A stretch of 24,040 nt of DNA from a virus. Lineage: Duplodnaviria; Caudoviricetes. Positions 8,824 through 16,873 of the stretch are shown piece by piece. The notes under the pieces were generated by a model, which had not been told where the DNA came from, searched no databases, and saw nothing but the letters and a program-made list of their open reading frames with translations. Every line of letters starts with the position of its first letter. Position 1 is the stretch's first letter. The position numbers and the translations under genes were made by a program. Location of the stretch: IMG/VR virus record IMGVR_UViG_3300032320_000622, positions 1-24,040 of that record; one strand, given 5' to 3'.

Positions 8824-10119
8824 TTATCCTGCGGCTACTGCGGCTGGCAGTTTGCCAGACAATGCCTTAATTGCGTCTAAAAGTTGTTTTTGCAAGTCTC
8901 CTCCGCCTTTCTCTCCTGCCCTTTCTGCCGCAATCTGTTCTGCTGGCTTTCCAGTCTGACCGCTAACAAGTTTTTCGGCAAGGCTTGGGGCTTCGCCAGC
9001 GGCTTGTTGTGTAGCCTCCCTGTTCATTATATCTTGTTTGGTAAGTGGTGGCAATCCTTGAGCTTTTCTTTGCACGTTCTCGGCGTTCTTGATATCCTCA
9101 AACACTTTTTCTTGCGTCTTAAAATCTTCTTGTCTATTTGATCTAGCCCTCACTTTTCGAGCATTTTCAAGAGCTTGTTGCCCCGCCCGACTTGCACCAA
9201 GCAATCCACCACCCGCTTGTTGAGCTTGTTTGAAGCTCTTTGTTTCTTGATCTTTTTGAGCCTTAATAAGATTATACTCCATCTGGGCTTTCTTTACTCT
9301 ATTGTCAGCAAGCATATCCAAGGTCTTATCGATGGCTTCTTGATTTTTCTTTGCCCCAGTTATAGCCTCTAATTCTTTTAATTGGTTTTGAAGTGCAATC
9401 GTTGTTGTGTCTAGTGTTCTTAATTCCTCTTCGGCAAGAAGAACATTCTCATCTAATGCGTTTCCTTTCAGGATTGCTGACTTAACATCAATCTTGTTGA
9501 TCGCTGATATTCTTTCGATTGCCTTAATAGAACTTTCTGTTCCCTTTAGAACATCTCTTTCTTTAATGCGAGCCGCAACAACTCCCTCAAGAACGATTAA
9601 ATTATTTTGTGCATCCTTAAGGGCTTTTTCAGTATCTCCAACACCAAGGTTAATCCCGGTAAACTTCTCAAGACCTTTCAAGAAGCCCCCCAATGCCCCA
9701 AGCTGGGTAATCTTACCACGCAAGGATTCAATCGTGTCCTCTGTCTTTTCTAGTCCCTGCTGGGCTTGTTCAACCGATGTGCTTTTGAATGAGGTTTCAA
9801 ATGCTCCTGCTAGGGCTTTCTGCGATTCGTAATAATCCGTTGAGGCTTGTTTGATCGTCTCTCCAAACTTGTTGATTGAGCCAAGAATGGCCGCTCCAAA
9901 CAGACCGCCAGCCCCTAGCCTAGACAAGGCTCCAAGGGATGTCCCTGCTCTACCAGCGTTAAGGCCAAGGGATAAAAGGCTTTTGCCTAGTCGTTCCGTG
10001 CTTCCACCAGCCCTCTTAAAAGTCTCTGATGTCCGTGTAGCTTCCCTCTGAATCTCTTTTAACGCAATCGTTCCCTTGCGTCCGTCAATGACAACCTCTC
10101 CGACTAACTGGAAGCTCAT
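8824..10119 (-). CDS. Tape measure protein (short, 431 aa)
   Basis: Ala/Gln/Glu/Lys-rich coiled coil with Gly/Leu hydrophobic segments (LSRLGAGGLFGAAILGSI). Lies downstream of the tail chaperone. Confidence 0.75.
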   Translation of the reverse strand: MSFQLVGEVVIDGRKGTIALKEIQREATRTSETFKRAGGSTERLGKSLLSLGLNAGRAGTSLGALSRLGAGGLFGAAILGSINKFGETIKQASTDYYESQKALAGAFETSFKSTSVEQAQQGLEKTEDTIESLRGKITQLGALGGFLKGLEKFTGINLGVGDTEKALKDAQNNLIVLEGVVAARIKERDVLKGTESSIKAIERISAINKIDVKSAILKGNALDENVLLAEEELRTLDTTTIALQNQLKELEAITGAKKNQEAIDKTLDMLADNRVKKAQMEYNLIKAQKDQETKSFKQAQQAGGGLLGASRAGQQALENARKVRARSNRQEDFKTQEKVFEDIKNAENVQRKAQGLPPLTKQDIMNREATQQAAGEAPSLAEKLVSGQTGKPAEQIAAERAGEKGGGDLQKQLLDAIKALSGKLPAAVAAG

Positions 10120-10120
10120 A

Positions 10121-10894
10121 TTATCTTCGGAGCTTGTTAAGCCTCTTTTGCTCTTGATCTTCTATATGTGTCTTCATATCAATCTCTTCTTGTCTAAATG
10201 CTTTTATTAGGGCTGTTATCCCATATTTTCCAACACCAGCCGCCGTATTTACAAATACTGCTTTTAATAGATCGCCACCGGCACTAATAGAATTAAATCC
10301 AATACCTTGTCCAGCACTTCCAGCTAAAGTTGGGAAATATCTCAAAAGCCTTGCCTCTGGTAATAGTGTTTTTGTCGTTACTATTGAACGAAAAAAACGA
10401 AATGCTGGCAACCATCCAGCCGCAATATATGCAGATGAAGACCTAGCTCGTTTTACAAATCTACTATAATTCGCACTTGCTGTCCCACCCCTTTTACCTC
10501 GCCCCGGCCCAGCAAAGCTATTGGGGAAGTTTTTATAAAAGCCCATAGCCTTTCCTCTTTTTAGCCTCCAATTTGCTATAGCAAACGCCTCGCCTCTTGC
10601 CATATATTGAATTGTAGATTTTCCTTGTGTTGTTTTCCCACCCTTTGAAAGTGCAACATATTCTCCTCTACGCTTGGTTGTTTTTATATATGATGCAGTA
10701 ATAGTTTCGGTTGCTTTTAAATCGTCTACAATTTTATCAACACTTGCTCTGGGCGTTTCTCTGCTGGCTCTAGCACAAATGTTCGCCGCCCTTCGATTCA
10801 TTTCCTCAAATCTTTCCCTTCGAGAATATTCAAAATATTTATCAATAGTCTTGTTAAACTCTGTCGCATCCAACTTAAATACAGTAAGCCCCAT
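10121..10894 (-). CDS. Basic neck/tail-completion-like protein (HK97 gp10-like by composition)
   Basis: Highly Arg/Lys-rich, with helical N- and C-termini (LDATEFNKTIDKY...ITALIKAFRQEEIDMK) and RARSSSAYIAAGWLPA. Confidence 0.5.
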   Translation of the reverse strand: MGLTVFKLDATEFNKTIDKYFEYSRRERFEEMNRRAANICARASRETPRASVDKIVDDLKATETITASYIKTTKRRGEYVALSKGGKTTQGKSTIQYMARGEAFAIANWRLKRGKAMGFYKNFPNSFAGPGRGKRGGTASANYSRFVKRARSSSAYIAAGWLPAFRFFRSIVTTKTLLPEARLLRYFPTLAGSAGQGIGFNSISAGGDLLKAVFVNTAAGVGKYGITALIKAFRQEEIDMKTHIEDQEQKRLNKLRR

Positions 10895-10897
10895 AAC

Positions 10898-11638
10898 CTA
10901 GTTATTTGCTATCAAATATCCCTGCACAATAAGGCTCACGGTTTGAGTTCCACTATTTACCTTAAATTGCCATTGAATATCTGATTTTTGTAATTGAATT
11001 TGAGGAACAATCCTTTGAACAGTAAAATATTCAAGCCAAGTTGTCTGTAAAAGAGTATATGTTGTTGGAGTTGGGGATGCGTTTGGTGTTACCTTCACAT
11101 TAAATGTGATATAATTTGATGCACCAGCATCACCGCTAAAACAATTTACAGAATATACAAAAAATGTAAATCCGCTTGGAACGGTATATATACCAGTCTG
11201 CGTTTTCCCAATTGTTGCGTTAATCTGGGAGTATGTTACGGCACTGCTTTTGGCTGTAATAATTCCAGCGTTGGATGTTTGACCAGAACCCGGTGCGGAT
11301 ATAGTCATACCATTTATTCTTAAAAATGAATTTGTTGTTGCAACTGGTGTAGTCCCATTAAGAGTAACAGATTCGTTTATTTGATTCCAATTTGAATCAA
11401 GACCATTGATCGCCACAACTGCATTAACATCATAGGTTGCAGTGCTAACCATAGACATTGTCGTGGCTGATGATGGAAAAGAAAAGGCTACTGGCAGACC
11501 ATCCCAAAGAGTTTTGTTTTGAGTGGTTACATTATCACTAAAAGCAAAAATGCTAATAGGCAGTGCGTCTGCTGTGCTATTTTTAGATGCCCAAGTTTTC
11601 CAATCTAATGCGAGAAGATGATTTAATGATAAAGCCAT
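10898..11638 (-). CDS. Beta-rich virion structural protein (246 aa)
   Basis: Thr/Ser/Asn-rich. INGLDSNWNQINESVTLNGTTPVAT and GIYTVPSGFT resemble motifs of phage structural proteins. Confidence 0.65.
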   Translation of the reverse strand: MALSLNHLLALDWKTWASKNSTADALPISIFAFSDNVTTQNKTLWDGLPVAFSFPSSATTMSMVSTATYDVNAVVAINGLDSNWNQINESVTLNGTTPVATTNSFLRINGMTISAPGSGQTSNAGIITAKSSAVTYSQINATIGKTQTGIYTVPSGFTFFVYSVNCFSGDAGASNYITFNVKVTPNASPTPTTYTLLQTTWLEYFTVQRIVPQIQLQKSDIQWQFKVNSGTQTVSLIVQGYLIANN

Positions 11639-11643
11639 ACTTG

Positions 11644-11847
11644 TTATTTTTCGTCAAGAATACCATCAATTACATTAACTGCATTTGAGTTGTGCCTTCT
11701 AACATCAATTCCACGATTAACAAGCATAGCGTGTTCTAGCTGAACAAGTTGCACCTCTGCCATCTGCCAAATTACTTGCTCCGCTGTCCACCCAAACTCC
11801 TTTGCAAATAGCCAGACGGACGAAGCGACCCCGGCTGGCTGAACTAT
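11644..11847 (-). CDS. Tail assembly chaperone gpT-like extension reached by -1 frameshift
   Basis: The -1 frame after the slippery site reads IVQPAGVASSVWLFAKEFGWTAEQVIWQMAEVQLVQLEHAMLVNRGIDVRRHNSNAVNVIDGILDEK*, with no start codon at its 5' end. Confidence 0.8.
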   Translation of the reverse strand: MVQPAGVASSVWLFAKEFGWTAEQVIWQMAEVQLVQLEHAMLVNRGIDVRRHNSNAVNVIDGILDEK

Positions 11848-12224
11848 TTTGGGGAGTCGTTACCTCCGCTGGTCTGTACCCTAGCATCTGCAAGCTCTCC
11901 AAAGATTTCGTCTACAATCTTTACGCCATCCATAAAGTCTTGTTCGGTGAAATCATCCGACCAATTCAATACAGCCTCACGAAACTTTGCCTTGTCCCAC
12001 GCCAGCTTTACTAGCTCTGCTCTGGTTTGGACTAGGCAAAATAAGGTAGACCAAATAAAGAACTCGGTTGTGTCGCTTTCCTCTCTGATCTGATTAATAA
12101 CGATTCTGGTTCCAAGGCTAAACTTATTTAGCTTTTTTCCCTTAAAAAGCCTCTCGTTAATAACAAAGGATTTGTCTAGGGCTTTGTTCAGAATCTCTTC
12201 GTCTTTTTGTAGGTCTAGGTTCAT
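11844..12224 (-). CDS. Tail assembly chaperone (gpG-like)
   Basis: Acidic helical 126-aa ORF between the tube genes and tape measure, ending TCC CCA AAA TAG. Confidence 0.75.
   Translation of the reverse strand: MNLDLQKDEEILNKALDKSFVINERLFKGKKLNKFSLGTRIVINQIREESDTTEFFIWSTLFCLVQTRAELVKLAWDKAKFREAVLNWSDDFTEQDFMDGVKIVDEIFGELADARVQTSGGNDSPK
11847..11853 (-). other. Programmed -1 ribosomal frameshift heptamer C CCA AAA
   Basis: X XXY YYZ pattern in the correct phase immediately before the TAG stop. The -1 frame stays open for 67 codons. Confidence 0.8.
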
Positions 12225-12607
12225 AGGTATTTGCTCAACTTTTTTCGCAAGTCTGAGGATGCGTTTTTGCTAACAAGCAAGGTAGCTTTCCCAAACTGCT
12301 TTTTGACTAGGGGGGTGGCGTTATTCATAGCGTCCAAAAGACGCTCTCTGTTTTCAAGTACTGCTCTGCAATATGCTAGGGGGTCATCGTGATTGGTAAT
12401 AGCTGGCCAGCCCTTTTCCCATAACTCCACAATTCGACCACCAAGGCCATTGGGAAGGTCGCTAAAGAAGAATGTTACGCTTCGTCTATTGCCATCGTCT
12501 GCGTCCTCAATGACGGCCATTGGCTCTTTGTCTCTAAAGGGGATGCCAAATGTAGCAAGAACAGAAGCTAGTTTAATGTTGCGAGTGTAAAGGATTTTTT
12601 CTTGCAT
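12221..12607 (-). CDS. Hypothetical protein (DUF5659-like N-terminus)
   Basis: YTRNIKLASVLATFGIP...VTFFF pattern; ATGA-coupled to the chaperone gene. Confidence 0.55.
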   Translation of the reverse strand: MQEKILYTRNIKLASVLATFGIPFRDKEPMAVIEDADDGNRRSVTFFFSDLPNGLGGRIVELWEKGWPAITNHDDPLAYCRAVLENRERLLDAMNNATPLVKKQFGKATLLVSKNASSDLRKKLSKYL

Positions 12608-12626
12608 AAGGATTTCTAGGTTAAAA

Positions 12627-12983
12627 CTAACTTATACCATCGTATCGAACTGCCGTGAAAGATACCGTCTCAAAGTTATCTGCACTACGATTTCTGGCAA
12701 TCTCGGTTACATAGGCGGCATAACCAGAAAGATCAAAGTTACTTCCATTGGCTACCGTAACAACCGCCCCAACGCTACCGCTAAAAGATGTATATGCACC
12801 TTCAACGGAGTAGGTAACTTTCTTGTTGCGAAACACAACTGCCGTTACATCACCGCCCTTGTTCTTTAACTCAACAGCATCAGCAGAGGCAGAGGAAGAG
12901 ATGGATTGAATCACCATTCCAGACTGGTCAGAGCCAATTCCAAAGGCCAGATTTGCACTATTTCCGATAATTGTAGCGGCCAT
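12627..12983 (-). CDS. Tail tube (major tail)-like protein, paralog 2 (118 aa)
   Basis: Beta-rich tube-like pattern (ELKNKGGDVTAV...YSVEG...YVTEIARNRSADNFETVSFTAVRY), upstream of the chaperone. Confidence 0.7.
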   Translation of the reverse strand: MAATIIGNSANLAFGIGSDQSGMVIQSISSSASADAVELKNKGGDVTAVVFRNKKVTYSVEGAYTSFSGSVGAVVTVANGSNFDLSGYAAYVTEIARNRSADNFETVSFTAVRYDGIS

Positions 12984-12984
12984 A

Positions 12985-13341
12985 TTAGGTATTTAATCCT
13001 GTGTATGCAGTTGCGGAAAGATCGAAGCTATTGAAGCCATCGGCGGCTTGAGTAAAAGAAACATCGGTAACATAGTAAGTGCCACTAGATACTGCGGCTG
13101 TGTTGCCAGTCAGGGCAAGAGTCTGACCAATTCCAGAAGAGGCAACTGCACCGCTACAATTACCAGAAAGGCTAACATTCCTTTTGAAAGCAGAAAACGC
13201 AACGGCAGAATGCTCTCCATTGTGCTTTGATACTTCGGTTGTCTCTGCTGTTGATGTTAGCGAAAAGCTCTGGATAACAACGCCAGTTTCAGCGGCTAAT
13301 CCAAATGCAAGTCCAGTGAGTCCAATACTTGTGGCGGCCAT
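12985..13341 (-). CDS. Tail tube (major tail)-like protein, paralog 1 (118 aa)
   Basis: Aligns end to end with the adjacent ORF (MAATxIG, LAFG, VIQS, YVT, ADxF). Confidence 0.7.
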   Translation of the reverse strand: MAATSIGLTGLAFGLAAETGVVIQSFSLTSTAETTEVSKHNGEHSAVAFSAFKRNVSLSGNCSGAVASSGIGQTLALTGNTAAVSSGTYYVTDVSFTQAADGFNSFDLSATAYTGLNT

Positions 13342-13362
13342 TTGCTATTTACCTATGTCAAA

Positions 13363-13617
13363 TTATTTGTATAGCACTCTGGCTTTTATCAATTCCCAGA
13401 TAGTCGAAAAGACCGCCCCGGATACTAAAGCCACTAACCATAACTTTGTTTTGATGGTGTGAGCGTCCTTTTCTAGGGTGTCCACCTTGGAGTTTATCTT
13501 TCCAGACCATTGAGCTAGTTCACTGGTGTGACGCTCTAGGATAGCGATGATATTTGTCTGCCGCTCTTCAATCCGAGCCAATCTCTCCCTTAACTCCGCA
13601 ACTTGGTCGGAACTCAT
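13363..13617 (-). CDS. XhlA-like coiled-coil protein with C-terminal TM (holin-like)
   Basis: ERLARIEERQ coiled coil followed by KLWLVALVSGAVFSTIWELI. Confidence 0.65.
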   Translation of the reverse strand: MSSDQVAELRERLARIEERQTNIIAILERHTSELAQWSGKINSKVDTLEKDAHTIKTKLWLVALVSGAVFSTIWELIKARVLYK

Positions 13618-13754
13618 AACTCACAATTCTCTGCCCCTTCGCAGATTCTTACGCAAACATTCCCATCTTCATCAATAAACTGCTCAATGTATCCCTCGGC
13701 CTCTAACCACTTTAGGGAGTGCATAAAGTCCTCATAGGTGTATTGATATTTCAT
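13614..13754 (-). CDS. Small acidic hypothetical protein (46 aa)
   Basis: Hand-translated MKYQYTYEDFMHSLKWLEAEGYIEQFIDEDGNVCVRICEGAENCEL*, with ATGA overlaps at both ends. Confidence 0.65.
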   Translation of the reverse strand: MKYQYTYEDFMHSLKWLEAEGYIEQFIDEDGNVCVRICEGAENCEL

Positions 13755-13867
13755 TTGATTTTACCAGCATCTTCGGCGGCACTCATATCGCTGTATCGTG
13801 GTAAAACATTGTTGTCTTTCCGTGGCGAACAAGAGCAGAGCAAGAGGGCGATGAGGAAAAGGGGCAT
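13751..13867 (-). CDS. Small lipoprotein (38 aa)
   Basis: Hand-translated MPLFLIALLLCSCSPRKDNNVLPRYSDMSAAEDAGKIK*, with lipobox LCS-C. Starts 1 nt after the upstream stop. Confidence 0.6.
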   Translation of the reverse strand: MPLFLIALLLCSCSPRKDNNVLPRYSDMSAAEDAGKIK

Positions 13868-13868
13868 T

Positions 13869-14651
13869 TTAGTAAACAGCCCACTTTGAGTTTAGGTATG
13901 ATGTGATTTGAGATGATTCTAAAGATGATACAGCTTTGCGATAAACCAAAACCTCTGATATTGTGGAATTCCAAGATGCTCCATCTGTCCCGCCAGCAGA
14001 GTTTATCATATCTCCAATTACAAAGTTTACCAGATTTATATTAAGTGTAGTTGCGTAATCTGCTCCAACTGTATCGTTAATTTTTACATTAAGAAAAGAA
14101 GTGTCGTGTAATGCTCTAAAAACATAATACTGATTTGATATTGATAATGGGCTTCTATGCCCACTATTTTTCCACGATCCTATAACATTTTGTGTAAGAT
14201 TACGAATAAATGGAATGTATTGACTTCCATCGTAATCGTTAGCACCAGCACTTCTTTGCGAAAATAATCTTGAATAACTTAATGCTGCTGCTGAATTATA
14301 TTTAGCTACAATAAAAACTGTTTGTGTTGTATAATTTCTAGAAGAAAAACTACACGCCAATCTTCTGTTTGGGCTGAATCCAAGTCCGTTTCTATTATTT
14401 TTATCATTAACTATTAACAATGGAGGGGATGTATTTTCTGTTGCGTTAAATCCATTTCCACTTTTGTCTTCCCATCTTTTAACAGCAGAGCCATTTGCGC
14501 TGACAAAATTACCGCCACTTGTTGCGTCAAAAAGAGTATCTCCGTCTGCGGCATCGAGCCATAAATCAAGTCCATCTATTCTGCTGGGATTAAATAATCT
14601 TCGCCTCTCCATATTTACTGGCAAGGGGCTAGTTGCCGAATACAAGGGCAT
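13869..14651 (-). CDS. LamG/concanavalin A-like lectin-fold virion protein
   Basis: LDLWLDAAD...WEDKSGNG...ISEVLVYRKAVS...ITSYLNSKW are signatures of phage LamG-like domains. Confidence 0.75.
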   Translation of the reverse strand: MPLYSATSPLPVNMERRRLFNPSRIDGLDLWLDAADGDTLFDATSGGNFVSANGSAVKRWEDKSGNGFNATENTSPPLLIVNDKNNRNGLGFSPNRRLACSFSSRNYTTQTVFIVAKYNSAAALSYSRLFSQRSAGANDYDGSQYIPFIRNLTQNVIGSWKNSGHRSPLSISNQYYVFRALHDTSFLNVKINDTVGADYATTLNINLVNFVIGDMINSAGGTDGASWNSTISEVLVYRKAVSSLESSQITSYLNSKWAVY

Positions 14652-14660
14652 CGGCTAATC

Positions 14661-15626
14661 CTAACTAACTTGCGTCACCCTAGCCGTGCCTGCCGTGGCG
14701 AATACTGCTGTGTGGGCAAGCGATGTTTGACCAGCGGGACACTCCCAGTAGTCACCAGACGACAAGCGAACTTGATACGAAATCGTTGTGCAAGTGGCTC
14801 CGGGCGAGATGTGAAGATTGCCAGCCCCCTCATTAAACACCGTGAGCACTTCCCTACCCGCAACTGCCGAGACAAGTGTTGTAGAGGCCGTGGTGCTGGT
14901 AAAGTTTGTGCTAGATACAGTCGTGCCTTGTTGTGGATAGAATGTAACCACGCTGTTCGAGATGGATGCGGTGACCGTGCCGATTTGGGCTGTGCCTGCC
15001 AAAATTGCCACAGGAATACTCCCGTAATTAGTTATCCCAGCCGCAATAGATGTTCCAACATCCGAGAAATCTGTACTAGTTGTTAGGTCTGGCAGTACCC
15101 CAACCGTTACGGAGGAGATACTAATGGGAACCGTCCCGCTGATGGATGCGGTCACGCTTCCGATCTGTGCAATCCCAGCCCCGATTGTTACTGTGCCCCC
15201 GCCAATCGTCACCACGCCGATGCGATTCGTCCCAGCGGGCAGGGCAGAGCCAATGGTGACTGTGCCAGAGATGGGGAGTGGATTGCCAGACCCAACGCTT
15301 CCGTTAAGACTTGAAATCTGAACTGGAACTGTAATCTGCCTGCTTGCGGCGGTTATATCTTCATCATAGCCAATAATCGGTATCTGTTGAAGAGTAGAAC
15401 CATTTACATTTGCCCCAAAAATATTCGCCGTCACCGTGCCAGAGATCGGCTGTGTGGTGGGGAAGTTGGAGATAGAGACAACGCTTCCGCTTACCGCACT
15501 CCGCATATCTGTAATCGCTTGAGTGCCAAGACTAACAACAGTATGGGCTGGGATATGTTGGCCACCTGTTACGATGGTTGAAAGCGTAGTTGCTGACTGG
15601 TTGCCGTCTAAAATGGAAAGTGCCAT
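14661..15626 (-). CDS. Thr/Val/Ser-rich fiber-like structural protein (321 aa)
   Basis: Repeated PISGTVT and AGTxxIGxVT units; AAGGAG SD upstream. Confidence 0.7.
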   Translation of the reverse strand: MALSILDGNQSATTLSTIVTGGQHIPAHTVVSLGTQAITDMRSAVSGSVVSISNFPTTQPISGTVTANIFGANVNGSTLQQIPIIGYDEDITAASRQITVPVQISSLNGSVGSGNPLPISGTVTIGSALPAGTNRIGVVTIGGGTVTIGAGIAQIGSVTASISGTVPISISSVTVGVLPDLTTSTDFSDVGTSIAAGITNYGSIPVAILAGTAQIGTVTASISNSVVTFYPQQGTTVSSTNFTSTTASTTLVSAVAGREVLTVFNEGAGNLHISPGATCTTISYQVRLSSGDYWECPAGQTSLAHTAVFATAGTARVTQVS

Positions 15627-15641
15627 AACTCAATCTCCTTG

Positions 15642-16130
15642 TTAAATTGTACCAATGTAAAAACTATTAAGTGCATCCGAAAAGTCGTAATCCCGCAATC
15701 CGTCAGCAGTTGCATCTGGTGTAACTATAAATGAAAAAGTTAGCCCTCTTTGCCAAGCCCTTTTATCGGTTCGAATTGTTGGTGTCTGGCTTGTAATTCT
15801 GCCCATAAACACCTTTAGGTCAGTCACATTGTCTTGAACCTTCGTTACTAAGGTATTGTTGTTTGAATATAGAGCCGCAAAAATATCATAATAAGTCGCA
15901 TCAAATAAGGCTTGAGTAGTCTTGGCCGCCGAATCTGAATAGTTAATTTCAGCGGTAACTTCAAATACACCAGAGTAGGGGGCGATATACTGCCTTCCTA
16001 AAGATGCCTTAATACTGGCGTATGGGAATAGTCTTGCACCAGTCCTATTTGAAATAACCACATTAAGCCCCGAAATTGGCGTTAATAGGCTCGCTAGAGC
16101 ATCTTCAATCTTGAACTGGGGGGTAATCAT
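15642..16130 (-). CDS. Tail terminator/completion-like protein, paralog 2
   Basis: Start at ATG 16130 (ATGA overlap). Shares GARLxP, PYSGVF, LKVF and W motifs with the upstream ORF. Confidence 0.6.
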   Translation of the reverse strand: MITPQFKIEDALASLLTPISGLNVVISNRTGARLFPYASIKASLGRQYIAPYSGVFEVTAEINYSDSAAKTTQALFDATYYDIFAALYSNNNTLVTKVQDNVTDLKVFMGRITSQTPTIRTDKRAWQRGLTFSFIVTPDATADGLRDYDFSDALNSFYIGTI

Positions 16131-16537
16131 ATACTTGTGCAAGAAATGTCTAGGGATAGGTTTTTAGACCAAGTTCGGTTCTCCGACTTAATATCTGGGG
16201 ATTCCGAGACTACATTGGCCAAAAATACCTTTAGCGTTGCCGTGGTTAGAACGCTAGCCAGATTGGGGTTTTGATACATCACTTGCAAAATCTCTTGAAA
16301 CTTTTCATCAAAGGTTGTCCGGGTCGTTGTGTCTGCCCTTGTCGCATAGGTAATTGTGGCTGGGCAACGAAACACGCCAGAATAAGGTATAATCTCTTCC
16401 GAGCCTATTGAGCATTGAATGACAATGTTGGGCAGTAGCCTAGCCCCCTTGGTGTCGCTTTTATAGATATTAACCCCAGAAACGCCAGCTAGGGCGGTTG
16501 CGAGGCTTTCTTCCAATTGCCTCTCAATGGAGGTCAT
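16127..16537 (-). CDS. Tail terminator/completion-like protein, paralog 1
   Basis: 136 aa with an N-terminal helix, P-x-I-V-I strand and C-terminal W-x-x-x-L-x-L strand typical of gpU/gp17-like proteins. Follows the head closure gene. Confidence 0.6.
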   Translation of the reverse strand: MTSIERQLEESLATALAGVSGVNIYKSDTKGARLLPNIVIQCSIGSEEIIPYSGVFRCPATITYATRADTTTRTTFDEKFQEILQVMYQNPNLASVLTTATLKVFLANVVSESPDIKSENRTWSKNLSLDISCTSI

Positions 16538-16857
16538 TAGGTTGTCGGGTCAGCTATCTCGATTGTGTAGCTAACTCCGTCCGAACTTTGTTGATAGGAT
16601 GCAATCATCCTTTCTGCCGTGCCAACCGTGATTAACGCACCAATCGTTACTGGTGCAGAAATGGCCGATGCCTTCACGGTTAAACTTTGTGTTACTTTAA
16701 TTGTCTCGCCACCAATATCCAATTCAGAGGCATAGGTTAGGTCGGTGATTGCCGCCGATACAGCCGTTGACCCCAGCCCAGTAACAACTGTGTAAAGGTC
16801 TCCGATCATATAAGTAAGATCGTTGGAGAAATAAGTGGTGTCGATAGTCCCCGCCAT
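16537..16857 (-). CDS. Head-tail joining/closure protein (gpFII-like)
   Basis: 106 aa, beta-rich (IGALITVGTAERMIASYQQSSDGVSYTIEI), positioned before the terminator-like genes. Confidence 0.6.
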   Translation of the reverse strand: MAGTIDTTYFSNDLTYMIGDLYTVVTGLGSTAVSAAITDLTYASELDIGGETIKVTQSLTVKASAISAPVTIGALITVGTAERMIASYQQSSDGVSYTIEIADPTT

Positions 16858-16873
16858 AAACCCACCTCTTATG

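Noticed and set aside
7054-9832. Plus-strand ORFs such as 7054-7461 and 9407-9832
   Set aside because: Antisense to clear tail genes, with mirror-image composition.
11717-11902. 61-aa minus-strand ORF from the track as the gene after the chaperone
   Set aside because: Wrong frame. The -1 frame (11644-11847) has the gpT-like sequence and fills the gap to the next gene.
13783-13974. 63-aa minus-strand ORF
   Set aside because: Overlaps the LamG gene out of frame. The 38-aa lipoprotein ORF (13751-13867) fits the gene packing better.
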